The notes: generated from the sequence alone by a model not told the origin. DNA of 64,000 nucleotides from an uncultured bacterium (GCA_943787795.1 CALSNU010000002.1:416001-480000); one strand, 5' to 3'; numbered from the stretch's first letter, positions 48,912 to 58,882 are shown. Translations and numbers: made by a program.

Positions 48912-50215
48912 ATCCTCTTGAGTTCAGCGACGAGGAGCCCACCGGAGACGAGCGACTCCATGATGGCGATCATGTCCCGCGGGGTGGCCCCGAGGACGTT
49001 CAACACCTCGACGACCTCCTCGAGGTTGGTGGCGCCGCCCATCAGCACGAGGGGCGCGTCCCCCTCGACGACGTTGAGGTTCGTCCGGGGGACCTCGGTG
49101 GTCACGCCGTTCGAGAAGCCGGCCGGCTGGCTGACCTCGGGGGTCTCGGCGATGGTCACGACGATTGAGCCGTGCTGGATCACACCAGGCCGGAGGCGGA
49201 CGTTGCCGCCCATCACGATGACTCCGGTGCGCTCGCTGATCACGACGCGCGCCAGGTTGTCCGTCTCCACCTCGAGCCGCATGGCGCTGTCGAGGTAAGC
49301 GACCACGTTCTCCGCGGGGACCCCGTCCATGACCTTGAAGCGGACGGACTTGCCGTCCGGCATGACCCGAGCCATGTCCGGATAGAGGCGGTTGATCGCG
49401 TCGTTGGCTCGCACGGTGTTCCCGAAGGAGCCCTGTCCGTTCTTGGCGTCCAGGTAGATGTAGCCGTGCTCGTTGACGACGCTGGCGTCGACCCCCATCT
49501 GCACCCGCCCGGCGTTGGCGAGGGTGCCCACGGTGACGTGGTTCTTCGTGGTCGAGGCAGCGTCACCAGCCGCGAAGAACCCGCCCACCGTGAGCGAGCC
49601 TGACGCCGTGGCGTAGACGTTGTTGCCCTCGATGTCCATCAGCTCCGTGATCAGCAGGTTCCCCCCGAAGAGGCTCTCCGCATCGCCGAGCGTCGAGACG
49701 ATCACATCCATCCGCGTGCCAGGCTTCGCGCCGTGAGGGATGACCCCCTTGACGTGGACCGTCGCGATGCTGGAGGTCGCAAGGAGCTTGGGGTCGATGT
49801 TGATGTTCGACGCGAGCAGGCTGTTGGCCAGCAGCTGTGGAGCCAGGAGGCCACTGTCTCCGGTCGCGTCGAGCCCCATGACGATGCCGATCCCGTTGAC
49901 CTCGTTCTCCTGGACGCCCCGGACCCTGAAGAGGCTCGAGAGCGGGGAGGAGATCTTGGCCTCGTAGTTGCCGCCAGTCCTGGAGACAGGTCGGACCCGA
50001 GCGGTACGCGAGTAGTTCGCGCTGGAGACGCCCTGGGGCTGCGTGGGGGCTTCGATGCTCCCAACGGGCAACACCGTGGCGAGGTTCCCGCCCTGGTCGG
50101 TGGCCGCAGACGTGGCGTCGACGGGCTGTGTGATGGGGCCCGCAGCCGGGACAGTGCCTTGCGCACCGGCGGATGCCGTGACGGTCAGGGCGACGATGAT
50201 GTTGAAGAGGCGCAT
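48908..50215 (-). CDS. flgI: Flagellar P-ring protein
   Basis: GIGIVMGL.ATGD, LGDAESL.GG.L, ARVVISERTGVIVMG, LNVLGATPRD. Confidence 0.95.
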   Translation of the reverse strand: MRLFNIIVALTVTASAGAQGTVPAAGPITQPVDATSAATDQGGNLATVLPVGSIEAPTQPQGVSSANYSRTARVRPVSRTGGNYEAKISSPLSSLFRVRGVQENEVNGIGIVMGLDATGDSGLLAPQLLANSLLASNINIDPKLLATSSIATVHVKGVIPHGAKPGTRMDVIVSTLGDAESLFGGNLLITELMDIEGNNVYATASGSLTVGGFFAAGDAASTTKNHVTVGTLANAGRVQMGVDASVVNEHGYIYLDAKNGQGSFGNTVRANDAINRLYPDMARVMPDGKSVRFKVMDGVPAENVVAYLDSAMRLEVETDNLARVVISERTGVIVMGGNVRLRPGVIQHGSIVVTIAETPEVSQPAGFSNGVTTEVPRTNLNVVEGDAPLVLMGGATNLEEVVEVLNVLGATPRDMIAIMESLVSGGLLVAELKRM

Positions 50216-50221
50216 GATTGA

Positions 50222-50845
50222 TCAGAAGGGCCAGACCCAGTCGACGGCGCTGTGGAGCCACTTGGCGAGGCCACGGCGCTCGTTGGTTCGGGTGAGCGGG
50301 CCGCTGCCCGAGTAGGAGACGTAGGCGTCCGCGACGAGCTCGGACTGGACGGTGTTGTCCCGCTGGACGTCGTAGCGGCGCACGATGCCGCGGAACTCGA
50401 GGACCTTGCGCTCCTCGTCGATGCGGATCTCGCGTCGCCCCTCGACCACGAGGTTGCCGTTCGGGAGCCGGTCCACGACCATCGCGGTCAGACGGGCCTC
50501 GAAGGCCCCGCTCTTCTCGTAGTTGGCCGCCCCGCCGAAGCTGTCGGACTTCGTCGTCCGCATGGTCGGCAGCGGGTTGAAGGCGTCCGGCGCCACGTCG
50601 AAGTCCACCAGCTGGTAGTTCAGCGTGCTGTTCTTGGCGAGGTCGGTCTTCTCCTCGTTCTTGAGGTCCTGGTTCTCCCGGATGACCACCGTGAGCAGAT
50701 CGCCCACGCGGTTGGCGGTCTTGTCCGAGATCGGGGAGACCGGGCCGCGAGCCGGGTCGTAGATGGAGCCCCGCCGCTGGGCGTCGGCCATGCCCGTCAG
50801 GAGCGCGACCGCGAGGGCCAGGTGGGTGATTCGGAGGGTGCTCAT
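50222..50845 (-). CDS. flgH: Flagellar L-ring protein
   Basis: VGDLLTVVI, LPNGNLVVEG, GIVR..D..NTV.S..VADA, C-terminal WPF. Confidence 0.92.
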   Translation of the reverse strand: MSTLRITHLALAVALLTGMADAQRRGSIYDPARGPVSPISDKTANRVGDLLTVVIRENQDLKNEEKTDLAKNSTLNYQLVDFDVAPDAFNPLPTMRTTKSDSFGGAANYEKSGAFEARLTAMVVDRLPNGNLVVEGRREIRIDEERKVLEFRGIVRRYDVQRDNTVQSELVADAYVSYSGSGPLTRTNERRGLAKWLHSAVDWVWPF

Positions 50846-51774
50846 TTGATCTTCACCTCGAGGAGCTTGGGGCCGCGGACGACGGCCTGGAGTTCAACGC
50901 CCGAGGAGCGCAGCTGGACGCGGACTCGCTCGCCCATGCGCCCGTTGGACTGGGCCTGTCCCACGTCCTTGACCGTGACCCCGCGGCTCTTCACTGCCAC
51001 CTGGACCAGGTCGCCGCGCCGGACGAGTGTCATGCGCTTCACGTCGCGTTCACTCACCGGTGCCCCCGCGGCCATGCTCCGGTTGACGACAGAACCAGCG
51101 ACCTGGGTGAGCTCGAGAAACTGGAGCCCGGAGCCAGACTTGACCTTGGTGCGCACCACCTGGAACATCCCGGGTGAGAGCTCGGTACCAGCGGGGATCG
51201 CCTGCTTGAGGACCGCCTGGCGCTTCCAGACCGTGACCTCAAAGCGGACCTGGACCGTGCGGTAGATCCGATCACCGACCCAGACCTCGACGGGGACCTG
51301 GATCCTCCCGGGGAAGACTCGGTCCACGCGGAAGGTGGCGCGCAAGCGAGGCTCGTGGTCCGACGCGGGCAGGACGAGGTCGGGCATGTCCATCAAGGGC
51401 GTGGCCTCGGCGTCCAGCCCCGTGAGCGCCGCGCGGAGGGCCTGACTCGCCTCCGCGGTGACTCGCGTCCCGCGGACGGTCGTCGTTGCGGAGGTGACCC
51501 GGCAGCGCGGTGCTCCCGTGATCGTGACCTCGATGTCGGGCAGCGATTGCCTCAGAGAGGCCTTGAGCAGGTCGGCCCGCAGGATCCGGTGATACCCGGG
51601 AGCGGGGGCATACCCCAGCGACGCAGCCCGGACCCGCTCGACCTCGGTCGCGTCGTCGCCTTCGACCTTGGCGATCTCGTTGACCGAGATCTCCATTCCG
51701 GAGGAGGTGGCCTCGGACGGGAGGGCGATGGAGACGCCCCCCGCACAGAGGAGAAGAAGTGTGGTGGTAATCAT
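50842..51774 (-). CDS. flgA: P-ring assembly chaperone
   Basis: LVRRGDLV..G.A..NG..GERVRV C-terminus; position between flgG and flgH. Confidence 0.85.
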   Translation of the reverse strand: MITTTLLLLCAGGVSIALPSEATSSGMEISVNEIAKVEGDDATEVERVRAASLGYAPAPGYHRILRADLLKASLRQSLPDIEVTITGAPRCRVTSATTTVRGTRVTAEASQALRAALTGLDAEATPLMDMPDLVLPASDHEPRLRATFRVDRVFPGRIQVPVEVWVGDRIYRTVQVRFEVTVWKRQAVLKQAIPAGTELSPGMFQVVRTKVKSGSGLQFLELTQVAGSVVNRSMAAGAPVSERDVKRMTLVRRGDLVQVAVKSRGVTVKDVGQAQSNGRMGERVRVQLRSSGVELQAVVRGPKLLEVKIK

Positions 51775-51780
51775 GTTGGA

Positions 51781-52566
51781 TCAGCGGATGAGCTGGTTGA
51801 CCTGCTGGAGCATCTCGTCCGAGACGCGGATGGCTCGGCTGTTCACCTCGTAGTTGCGCTGGGCCACGATCAGCGACACAAGCTCGTCGACGGTCTCGAC
51901 GTTGGAGCGCTCGAGGTAGCCCTGCTTGACCATCCCGGCGCCGGCCGTGGTCGGCTGAGTCGCTGCGGGTTGGCCGGACGACGGCGTTCCGGCGAAGTAG
52001 TTACCGCCCATGGCGCGGAGGCCGGTCGGGTTCGGGAACACGTGCAGGCGGATCGTGCCGATCTGGTTCTGCACGTTGCCCTCTCCGAGGGAGTAGACCT
52101 CACCGTCGGCGGAGATCGAGATGCCCTGGCTGTCCGGGGGGACCTGAACCTGGTCGCTGAGAAGGTAGCCCTCGGCGGTCACAAGGCGACCGTTGGCGTC
52201 CTGCCGGAAGGTGCCGTTTCGGGTGTAGCGCTGCTCGCCGTTCGGGAGCTCGATCTCGAAGAAGCCCGCACCCTCGACGCCGAGGTCGAGGGAGTTGCCC
52301 GTGAGCTCGAGGACGCCCTGCTGCATCTCCTTGCGGGATCCTGAGACCTCCGTACCCGAGCCGATCTGGAGGCCGGTCACGTCGTTCTGGTTGTTCGCCA
52401 GCGGCAGGCCAGGCTCGCGATAGGTCTGATAGAGCAGCGAGCGGAAGGAGAGACGGCTCTTCTTGAAGCCACTCGTGTTCACGTTCGCGATGTTGTTCGC
52501 GATCGTGTCGACCTGGAACTGCTGGGCCTTCATGCCGGAGGCCGCGGTGTAGAGAGAACGAATCAT
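51781..52566 (-). CDS. flgG: Flagellar distal rod protein
   Basis: SLYTAASGM.AQQ, ANNIANVNT.GFK, YTRNG.F, QGYLE.SNV, AQRNYE.NS. Confidence 0.96.
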   Translation of the reverse strand: MIRSLYTAASGMKAQQFQVDTIANNIANVNTSGFKKSRLSFRSLLYQTYREPGLPLANNQNDVTGLQIGSGTEVSGSRKEMQQGVLELTGNSLDLGVEGAGFFEIELPNGEQRYTRNGTFRQDANGRLVTAEGYLLSDQVQVPPDSQGISISADGEVYSLGEGNVQNQIGTIRLHVFPNPTGLRAMGGNYFAGTPSSGQPAATQPTTAGAGMVKQGYLERSNVETVDELVSLIVAQRNYEVNSRAIRVSDEMLQQVNQLIR

Positions 52567-52597
52567 GGTGCTTGGGTCGCTAGGTTCCTGCCCGGCC

Positions 52598-53293
52598 TCA
52601 GCGATAGAGGCGGCTGAAGCTCTGGTCGATGGTCTTGAACGCCTGTGATGCGGACTCGAAGGACCGCTGGGCTGCGATGAGCTCGACGAGCTCGTCGATG
52701 GTCTCGAGGTTCGCGCGCTCCAGGAATCCCTGGCTCACGGTGGCGTTGGCCTCGGTGTACTGCGCGCCGTCACGGAGGCGGAAGCCGCCGAACTCGTCCG
52801 GCTCGATGGAGCGCGGCCCGTCGACGTTCACGACGCGGATCTGCCCCACGGGGAGCCCTTCCTGGTTCACCCTCCCGTCCGAGTCAATCCGAACGGCGCC
52901 CTTGAGCGGGTCGATGACCCCGCGCCCTCCAGCCCACTGAACCGGGAACCCGCTGGGGTTCACAAGGACGCCCCTCTCGGTCAGTGAGAACTCGCCGTTA
53001 CGCGTCAGGATCTCACTACCTGCGCCCTCGAGGACGAAGAAGCCCCCGCCTTCCAGCGCGAGGTCGAGCGCGTTACCCGTGCTCTGGAGCACGCCTTGGC
53101 TCATGTCGAGGCGCGAGGCCGCGGCGACCTGAGTGTGGCTCGCGTCGTCCGCCCAGTTCTCGACGCCGTGGGCCACGTGGAGCATCCGCTTGAATCCCGT
53201 CGCGTCCGCGTTGGCGATGTTCGAGCTGATGATCTCGACGCGCTGCTGGTTGGCGCTCATGGCGGCGACCGTTCGATAGAGCCCGACGTTCAT
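52598..53293 (-). CDS. flgF: Flagellar basal-body rod protein
   Basis: NIANA.ATGFK, TGN.LDLAL.G.GFF, TRNG.F, QGFLE; precedes flgG. Confidence 0.85.
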   Translation of the reverse strand: MNVGLYRTVAAMSANQQRVEIISSNIANADATGFKRMLHVAHGVENWADDASHTQVAAASRLDMSQGVLQSTGNALDLALEGGGFFVLEGAGSEILTRNGEFSLTERGVLVNPSGFPVQWAGGRGVIDPLKGAVRIDSDGRVNQEGLPVGQIRVVNVDGPRSIEPDEFGGFRLRDGAQYTEANATVSQGFLERANLETIDELVELIAAQRSFESASQAFKTIDQSFSRLYR

Positions 53294-53305
53294 GCCGGTC
53301 CCTAC

Positions 53306-53320
53306 GCAAGCGCGATGCCA
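53306..53320 (-). promoter_or_regulatory. Sigma54 -24/-12 promoter of the flgF operon
   Basis: TGGCAT-CGCGC-TTGC on the minus strand, 12 nt before the flgF ATG. Confidence 0.75.
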
Positions 53321-53385
53321 ACCTCGCTCAGCACCCCTGAGGGCCGCTCGGCAGCCCCGACCGGGAAAGAACTTCCCGCCTTCGG

Positions 53386-54102
53386 TCAGAGGGCGCCGGA
53401 AAGAAGTTCCGGGTCCCTGACGATCCGCACGAGGCGAAAGGCGCCGGCCTCCGGCGCCGCCTGCCGCCCCTCTGCGTCCTCCGTCTCCACCTCGAGTCCG
53501 CGGGCTCGAGCCCGCCTGAGGAAGCCCGGGAGCCGTGTCCGACCCGGGTCGGCGAAGAGCGCCGACCCCCCTGGTGCCATGTAACGCTCGACCACGTCCA
53601 GGAGGGGCTCCTGCAGCCTCGCCTCATATGCAACATCACAGCCCACCAGGAGATCGAAAACCCCCGGCTCGGACCGCTCGAGCTCGCGCCAGTCGAGATC
53701 CCAGGTCCTGGTCCCATCGAGCCCGTTGAGGGCCGCGTTGACGGGCAGCACCGCCAGGGAGAGGGGGTCGTGGTCCGAGAGGGTCAGCTCCGCTGGCCCC
53801 TGTGCCGCCAGAGCCGCCGCGATGCCGACCAGCCCGAGGCCCGCGCCCAGCTCCAGGATCCGCGCGCCGCTGGCGGGGGGCGCCGCCGCGATGCGCCGCG
53901 CCATGGCGGGCGCCGAGTCCCACAGCCAGGCCCAGTACGGCATGGAGTCGTTGAACTCGTTCCTGGCAACGACGGCGTCGTCGTCGAGGAGCGCGTCGGG
54001 GGCCGCGGGGACGAAGAGATCCACCTCCAGACCCGCCGAGACCTCATGGGATTGGCGGGCCCAGCCTCCAGCCAGTTCGGGGAGTCGAGATTCGAGGTTC
54101 AC
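53386..54102 (-). CDS. Class I SAM-dependent methyltransferase (Methyltransf_16/METTL21-like)
   Basis: PYWAWLW, ILELGAGLG, LDW, GCDVAYE, ADPGR. Confidence 0.88.
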   Translation of the reverse strand: MNLESRLPELAGGWARQSHEVSAGLEVDLFVPAAPDALLDDDAVVARNEFNDSMPYWAWLWDSAPAMARRIAAAPPASGARILELGAGLGLVGIAAALAAQGPAELTLSDHDPLSLAVLPVNAALNGLDGTRTWDLDWRELERSEPGVFDLLVGCDVAYEARLQEPLLDVVERYMAPGGSALFADPGRTRLPGFLRRARARGLEVETEDAEGRQAAPEAGAFRLVRIVRDPELLSGAL

Positions 54103-54234
54103 GGGGAGACTCTAGCGAGACGCGCGGGTCAGGGCGCGGCATGGCGCTGATCAGGAAGCGGGGGCCGGGGCGCGTTGCGCTCCGACCCCCGCCCCATCCT
54201 CAGCTCCGGGCACCCTGGGGCACCCCGGCCCGGA

Positions 54235-56211
54235 TCAGACCAGGTTCACGGTCTCGGCGAGGACCTCATCCTGAGTGGAGACCACCCGGGCGTTGGCCTG
54301 ATAGCCGCGCTGAGCCTCGATCAGGCGCACGAACTGCTCCGCAGTATCGACGTTGGAGTTCTCCAGCGAGCCAGAGATCACCGCGCCCGCCTTCCGGATG
54401 TCGCCGGCGCCGTAGCGCGCCTCCCCGGAGTTGGGCGTCTCCTCGAACATGTTGTTGCCCGAGCTCCGTAGCCCCTCGTCGTTCTGGAACGTCACGACCC
54501 CCAGGGCCCCCAGGGCGCGCGACTGGCCGTTGGAGTAGAAGCCGTCGATCTGGCCGGTGGTCGAGACGGTGATGTTGGCGAGCTCGCCATCCCCGAACCC
54601 GTTCTGGTCGAAGACGTAGGCGGTCCCTGCGCTGCCAAACTGGGTCAAGCCGTCCACCGACCCGTCCGCTCCGAGGTTGACAGAGACCTCCTGGAGAGGC
54701 TGCCCTGTGAACTGGAGCTGCATCCGTGAGTCCACGGAGCCGAGGCCCGTGGGGGACCCATCCGGCGCAAAGGTGATCCCCGTGATCGGGTCCGCTGCGC
54801 TGCCTTTGCCGACCACTCCCTCGCTGGGATCCAGGTCGGCGTACAGGTTCCAGGTCAGGTCCGCCTGGCGCTCATAGCGCATGGTCACCGAGTGCGCCAC
54901 GCCAGCGGCGTCGTAGATCTCGGTGGAGGTCGTGACGGTGTCTGGCCCGGTCCCGTCGGTCGTGACCGACATCGCGTAAGCGCTGAAATCGGTCCCACCG
55001 GTGTTGGACGACCCGTCCGACATCGAGAGCAGAAGGTTCGCCTGGCCCGCGGTCTGAGCCGTCGCGACGAGGCGTCCGGAGCCGTCGACGGAGACCACCG
55101 CGTCCGTGTAGAGCGAGTCCAGGAAGCTCACGAGATCTTGCATCGTCGTGCCGTTGTTGACCGCACCGAAGGTGAAGGTCCCTGAGACCGGGCTACCGTC
55201 GGTGTCTTCACCGACGATCTGGATCTGGTCCCCGTTCACGTACTCCTTGAGGTTCGCCGTGAGGTCGTTCAGGTTCGCCGTGCTGAGGTCGCTCGGGATC
55301 GGGGTCTCCGTACCGGACTGAATGGTCGTGGAGAAGCCCACCATCTGCGTCAGGTCAGCCACGCCCGCCGGCGGGTTGAGGTCAACAGAGAACGAGCCGC
55401 CCTTGCGGTTCGTCGAGATCGCGATCTGCCCGGCCCCGTTCACGGTGGCCGTCACATCCTGCAGCGCGTTGATGGCTGCGGCGATGGAGGCAGAGGTCAC
55501 GTCCCCGGTGGTCGGGTCGCTCGACACGATCACCTGCTGGGGCACGCCGCCGTTGGCGATGAGCTCCATGGCGACGATGTCTCCCGGCGCCCCTCCCACG
55601 GACGAGACGTTGTAGGTCGCGCTCGTACCAGTACTTGCGATCTCAGCTGCCGTCCCCATGGAGAACGAGGAGTTGGCGGAGAGCAGCTCCGCCAGAGGGC
55701 CCTCGACCACCGCGGACAGGTTCCCCTTCATGGTCACGTCCGTGGTGACCTGCGGCGGGAAGAGCGAGGCCACATCAAGGGAAATGGCGGCGCCACTCGG
55801 GTTCAGAACCCGCATCCCCGAGCCCTGATCCACGAGGTTCTGCTGGGAGTCCAGACCGAAGGTCCCCACCCGGGTAAAGCTACGGCCCTCGCTACTCTCG
55901 AGCGCGAAGAAGCCCCCGCCCTCGAGGGCGAGGTCAAAGACGCGGCCCGTGTCGGAGAGCGCGCCCTGGGTGAAGGTCTGATCCACGCTGGCGAGGCCAA
56001 CGCCGTACCCGACCTGCATGCCATTGATCCCGCCGACGCCGCTCCGCGGACCGCTCGCGAACCTGAAGTTACGAGAGAAGTTATCCGCGAACACGGCGCG
56101 GCTCTTTTTGTAGCCGGGCGTGTTCTGGTTGGCGAGGTTGTTACCGATGACGTCGATCCACTGCTGGTGCGATCGCATCCCGGAGAGGGCGGAATAGAAG
56201 GATGAAGGCAT
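54235..56211 (-). CDS. flgE: Flagellar hook protein
   Basis: DVIGNNLAN.NT.GYK, FTRVG.F, LTQF, SGSLENSNVD..AQRGYQANAR. Confidence 0.95.
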   Translation of the reverse strand: MPSSFYSALSGMRSHQQWIDVIGNNLANQNTPGYKKSRAVFADNFSRNFRFASGPRSGVGGINGMQVGYGVGLASVDQTFTQGALSDTGRVFDLALEGGGFFALESSEGRSFTRVGTFGLDSQQNLVDQGSGMRVLNPSGAAISLDVASLFPPQVTTDVTMKGNLSAVVEGPLAELLSANSSFSMGTAAEIASTGTSATYNVSSVGGAPGDIVAMELIANGGVPQQVIVSSDPTTGDVTSASIAAAINALQDVTATVNGAGQIAISTNRKGGSFSVDLNPPAGVADLTQMVGFSTTIQSGTETPIPSDLSTANLNDLTANLKEYVNGDQIQIVGEDTDGSPVSGTFTFGAVNNGTTMQDLVSFLDSLYTDAVVSVDGSGRLVATAQTAGQANLLLSMSDGSSNTGGTDFSAYAMSVTTDGTGPDTVTTSTEIYDAAGVAHSVTMRYERQADLTWNLYADLDPSEGVVGKGSAADPITGITFAPDGSPTGLGSVDSRMQLQFTGQPLQEVSVNLGADGSVDGLTQFGSAGTAYVFDQNGFGDGELANITVSTTGQIDGFYSNGQSRALGALGVVTFQNDEGLRSSGNNMFEETPNSGEARYGAGDIRKAGAVISGSLENSNVDTAEQFVRLIEAQRGYQANARVVSTQDEVLAETVNLV

Positions 56212-56271
56212 AAGACTACGTTTGGCTCAGGTGGTGGATTCGAAAGGAGGCGAGGCGCGGGCCGTCGTGGT

Positions 56272-56766
56272 TCAGAAGGACTCGCCGGAGCCCTCGCCTT
56301 CGCCTTCGTCCTCGCCGACGATCTCGTCCCCGTCACCGACCTCGCCGAGGACCTCGGCGACGCGGGCGAGGGGCACATCGATCCCGTCGATACCGAGGAA
56401 GATCTCGCCGTTCTGGACCCTCGCGGAGTCCACGGCGCCCTGGGCCATCTCACCCGAGACCGGGTCGAGATAGCCGACACGCTGGCCCACGAGGCCGCTG
56501 GCACCCGTGAGCTGGTCCATCAGGGCGTTGCCCTGCTGCAGGCGGGCCATGCCCACCAGGTTCTCATTCACGAGCTCCATCTGCTCCAGCGAGGAGAACT
56601 GCGCCAGCTGGGCGGCGAGCTCCTCATTCGACTGAGGCGACATGGGGTCCTGGTTCTGAAGCTGGGTGACCAGCAGCTGCGTGAACGCGTTCTTGTCGAG
56701 CTGCTGGTTGGCCGTCGCATTGGAGAAGCTCCGCTGCGCGTCCTGAATTCCGATTCCGTCAATCAT
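56272..56766 (-). CDS. flgD: Flagellar hook capping protein
   Basis: FTQLLVTQLQNQDPMSP..QLAQFSSLEQ. Confidence 0.95.
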   Translation of the reverse strand: MIDGIGIQDAQRSFSNATANQQLDKNAFTQLLVTQLQNQDPMSPQSNEELAAQLAQFSSLEQMELVNENLVGMARLQQGNALMDQLTGASGLVGQRVGYLDPVSGEMAQGAVDSARVQNGEIFLGIDGIDVPLARVAEVLGEVGDGDEIVGEDEGEGEGSGESF

Positions 56767-56792
56767 GGCTGCCTGCTGTTGTGGTTTGAGTA

Positions 56793-57998
56793 TCAGGCGG
56801 TGAGGTCCACACCGCCCTCGGCGGTGCGTGTAGCGAGTTGTTGGACGAGCGCCTCGGGGCTGGCGATGGGACTGGCCTCATCGCCGCTCTGGCCCCGGCG
56901 CGCACCGGAGTCCTGCCCGCGCTCGCCTTGTTCCGAGCGGGCCTGGGCGTCCGCTTCGGCGGAGGTCATCAGCCCGAGGTTGAGCTCCACGCTCTCCGCG
57001 CCGTCCCGACTCAGCCAGGCCCGAAGCTCGGGCGCATGGGCCTCAAGGACGGCCAGCGTCTCGGCGCTCTCGGCGGCGATGGACGCGTGGACGGCGCCCT
57101 GGTCGACCTTCACGTGGAGCCGCAGGCGGCCGAGGTCAACGGGGTTGAGGTTGATGGTGGCCTCTCGGTCGCCGCCCTGGATGCGCACCTTCAGCTGCTC
57201 GAGGATGGCCTCCGCGCGCTGCATGGAGGACGCGGGCTTGGCCGGCGCCGTCTTGTTCGTCGGTGCACCCGCGGCCGTCTCGACCCGGGTGCCCGCGGCG
57301 GTCGCAGCGGCGGGTGGGCGGTTGCCACCGGATGCCACCCCGGGCAGAGGCTGGCCCGTCCCAGGGGCCCTGAAGACCCCCGAGATCGCCGGCGCGGGTC
57401 CGGCAGAGGCCCCCATGGAGAGCGTCATCGGACCCGTAGGCTGCTGGGGCTGGGCCCCGAGGGTCGGGCCATAGGGCGCCTCGGTGACGTCCTCAGGCTC
57501 GATGGTCGAGCCCTGGGCGTCACTGGCGTCGGTCCACCCGGCGGCCTTCTCCTGACCGGAGAGCTTGCCGCCGTGGCGCCCGGAGGCTGCCTTCTGCCCG
57601 CCTCTGAACTCTGCGCTACGACGGCTCGACCCTGACTGTTCGGTGGCGCGGTCCGCCTGACGCGCGGCGTCATTGCGCTGGGCATCGGCCCGGGCGTCAC
57701 GCACCTGCTGATCATCTCTGACCGCCGACTCGCGGCGCCTGACCTGCTTGGCGGAGTCCGTTCGCCCATCACGAATGCGTGCGGCGACGTTGTCTTCCAC
57801 CTCTTCACGGGACCGTCGCGTCATCGTCGATCCTTCGGATGACTTCAGCTCCAGGTACTCCGAGAACCTCCCCGCGGCGGGCGATCCGCCTGGGCTACCC
57901 GCTCCAGGGGTGGTGGACGTGGGCGGCCGCTCCGTGCCGAGCGCCCGCCCTTCCATATCCATGGAACGGAGATTCGAATGGGACTTCAAATACTCCAT
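56793..57998 (-). CDS. fliK: Flagellar hook-length control protein
   Basis: Disordered N-terminus; C-terminal ATINLNPVDLGRL..LRAWL; start uncertain (57998 or 57963). Confidence 0.85.
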   Translation of the reverse strand: MEYLKSHSNLRSMDMEGRALGTERPPTSTTPGAGSPGGSPAAGRFSEYLELKSSEGSTMTRRSREEVEDNVAARIRDGRTDSAKQVRRRESAVRDDQQVRDARADAQRNDAARQADRATEQSGSSRRSAEFRGGQKAASGRHGGKLSGQEKAAGWTDASDAQGSTIEPEDVTEAPYGPTLGAQPQQPTGPMTLSMGASAGPAPAISGVFRAPGTGQPLPGVASGGNRPPAAATAAGTRVETAAGAPTNKTAPAKPASSMQRAEAILEQLKVRIQGGDREATINLNPVDLGRLRLHVKVDQGAVHASIAAESAETLAVLEAHAPELRAWLSRDGAESVELNLGLMTSAEADAQARSEQGERGQDSGARRGQSGDEASPIASPEALVQQLATRTAEGGVDLTA

Positions 57999-58010
57999 CG
58001 ACGGCCATGG

Positions 58011-58026
58011 AGCAATGGCCGTGCCA
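58011..58026 (-). promoter_or_regulatory. Sigma54 -24/-12 promoter of fliK-flgD-flgE
   Basis: Consensus TGGCAC-GGCCA-TTGCT on the minus strand. Confidence 0.85.
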
Positions 58027-58098
58027 AGCGCGCCGCGGGGCCGCAGGCGAGGTCTCGGCCACAATCAGGTGGAAGACCTTTCCGGCCCCGGAAAGTCC

Positions 58099-58785
58099 TT
58101 ACGCCCCTTTCTTTCGCAGGTCCGCCGACCCGTCGTCGTGACCGATCACCAGCGTGCGCGCGAGGTTGATGAAGAGGCCGGACTCCACGACTCCAGGGAT
58201 CGCGTCGAGGGCCAACTCCAGCTGGGCGGCGTCCGAGATGCCGCTCTCGAAGTGAACGTCGAGGATCTGGTTGCCGTTGTCGGTCAGGTAGGAGGCGCCC
58301 TCCGCCCCCCGCAGCTTCGGAGCACCGCCGAGCGCCCGGATCCCGCGCTCCACCGCCGCCCGTGCGAAGGGGACGACCTCGACGGGGAGGTCGAATGTGG
58401 TCCCCAGGGTGCCCACGACCTTCTCCGGGCCGACGACGACCACCATGTGCTCGGTGGCGGCCGCCACGACCTTCTCACGCAGCAGCGCGCCGCCGCCGCC
58501 CTTGATCATGGCGTAGTCCCCGTCGATCTCGTCCGCCCCATCAATGGTGACGTCGAAGCGCTCCACCTCGTCAAGGGTCGCCAGCGGGATGCCGAACTCG
58601 CGGGCCTTGTTCTCGGTGTCCACGGACGTCGGCACGCCGCGGATCACCAGACCCTCGTCCCGGATCCGCTCCCCAAGGCGCTCGAGGGCAAAGAACACGG
58701 TCGAGCCGGTCCCCAGCCCAACGTCCTGCCCGGTCTCCACCACGTCTGCTGCGCGGCGACCCGCGGCTCTCTTGGAAGCGCTCAT
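58099..58785 (-). CDS. rpiA: Ribose-5-phosphate isomerase A
   Basis: GLGTGST, DGADE, KGGGGALLREK, TDNGN, GVVESGLF. Confidence 0.97.
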   Translation of the reverse strand: MSASKRAAGRRAADVVETGQDVGLGTGSTVFFALERLGERIRDEGLVIRGVPTSVDTENKAREFGIPLATLDEVERFDVTIDGADEIDGDYAMIKGGGGALLREKVVAAATEHMVVVVGPEKVVGTLGTTFDLPVEVVPFARAAVERGIRALGGAPKLRGAEGASYLTDNGNQILDVHFESGISDAAQLELALDAIPGVVESGLFINLARTLVIGHDDGSADLRKKGA

Positions 58786-58882
58786 GGGGCCAACTTAGCG
58801 CCCAGGGCAGCCGGCTGCGATCATGGGCCGGGCTGCCCGAGGCGCTTGGACGACATCCGCGGATCCCTGTAGGGTCGTGGCC

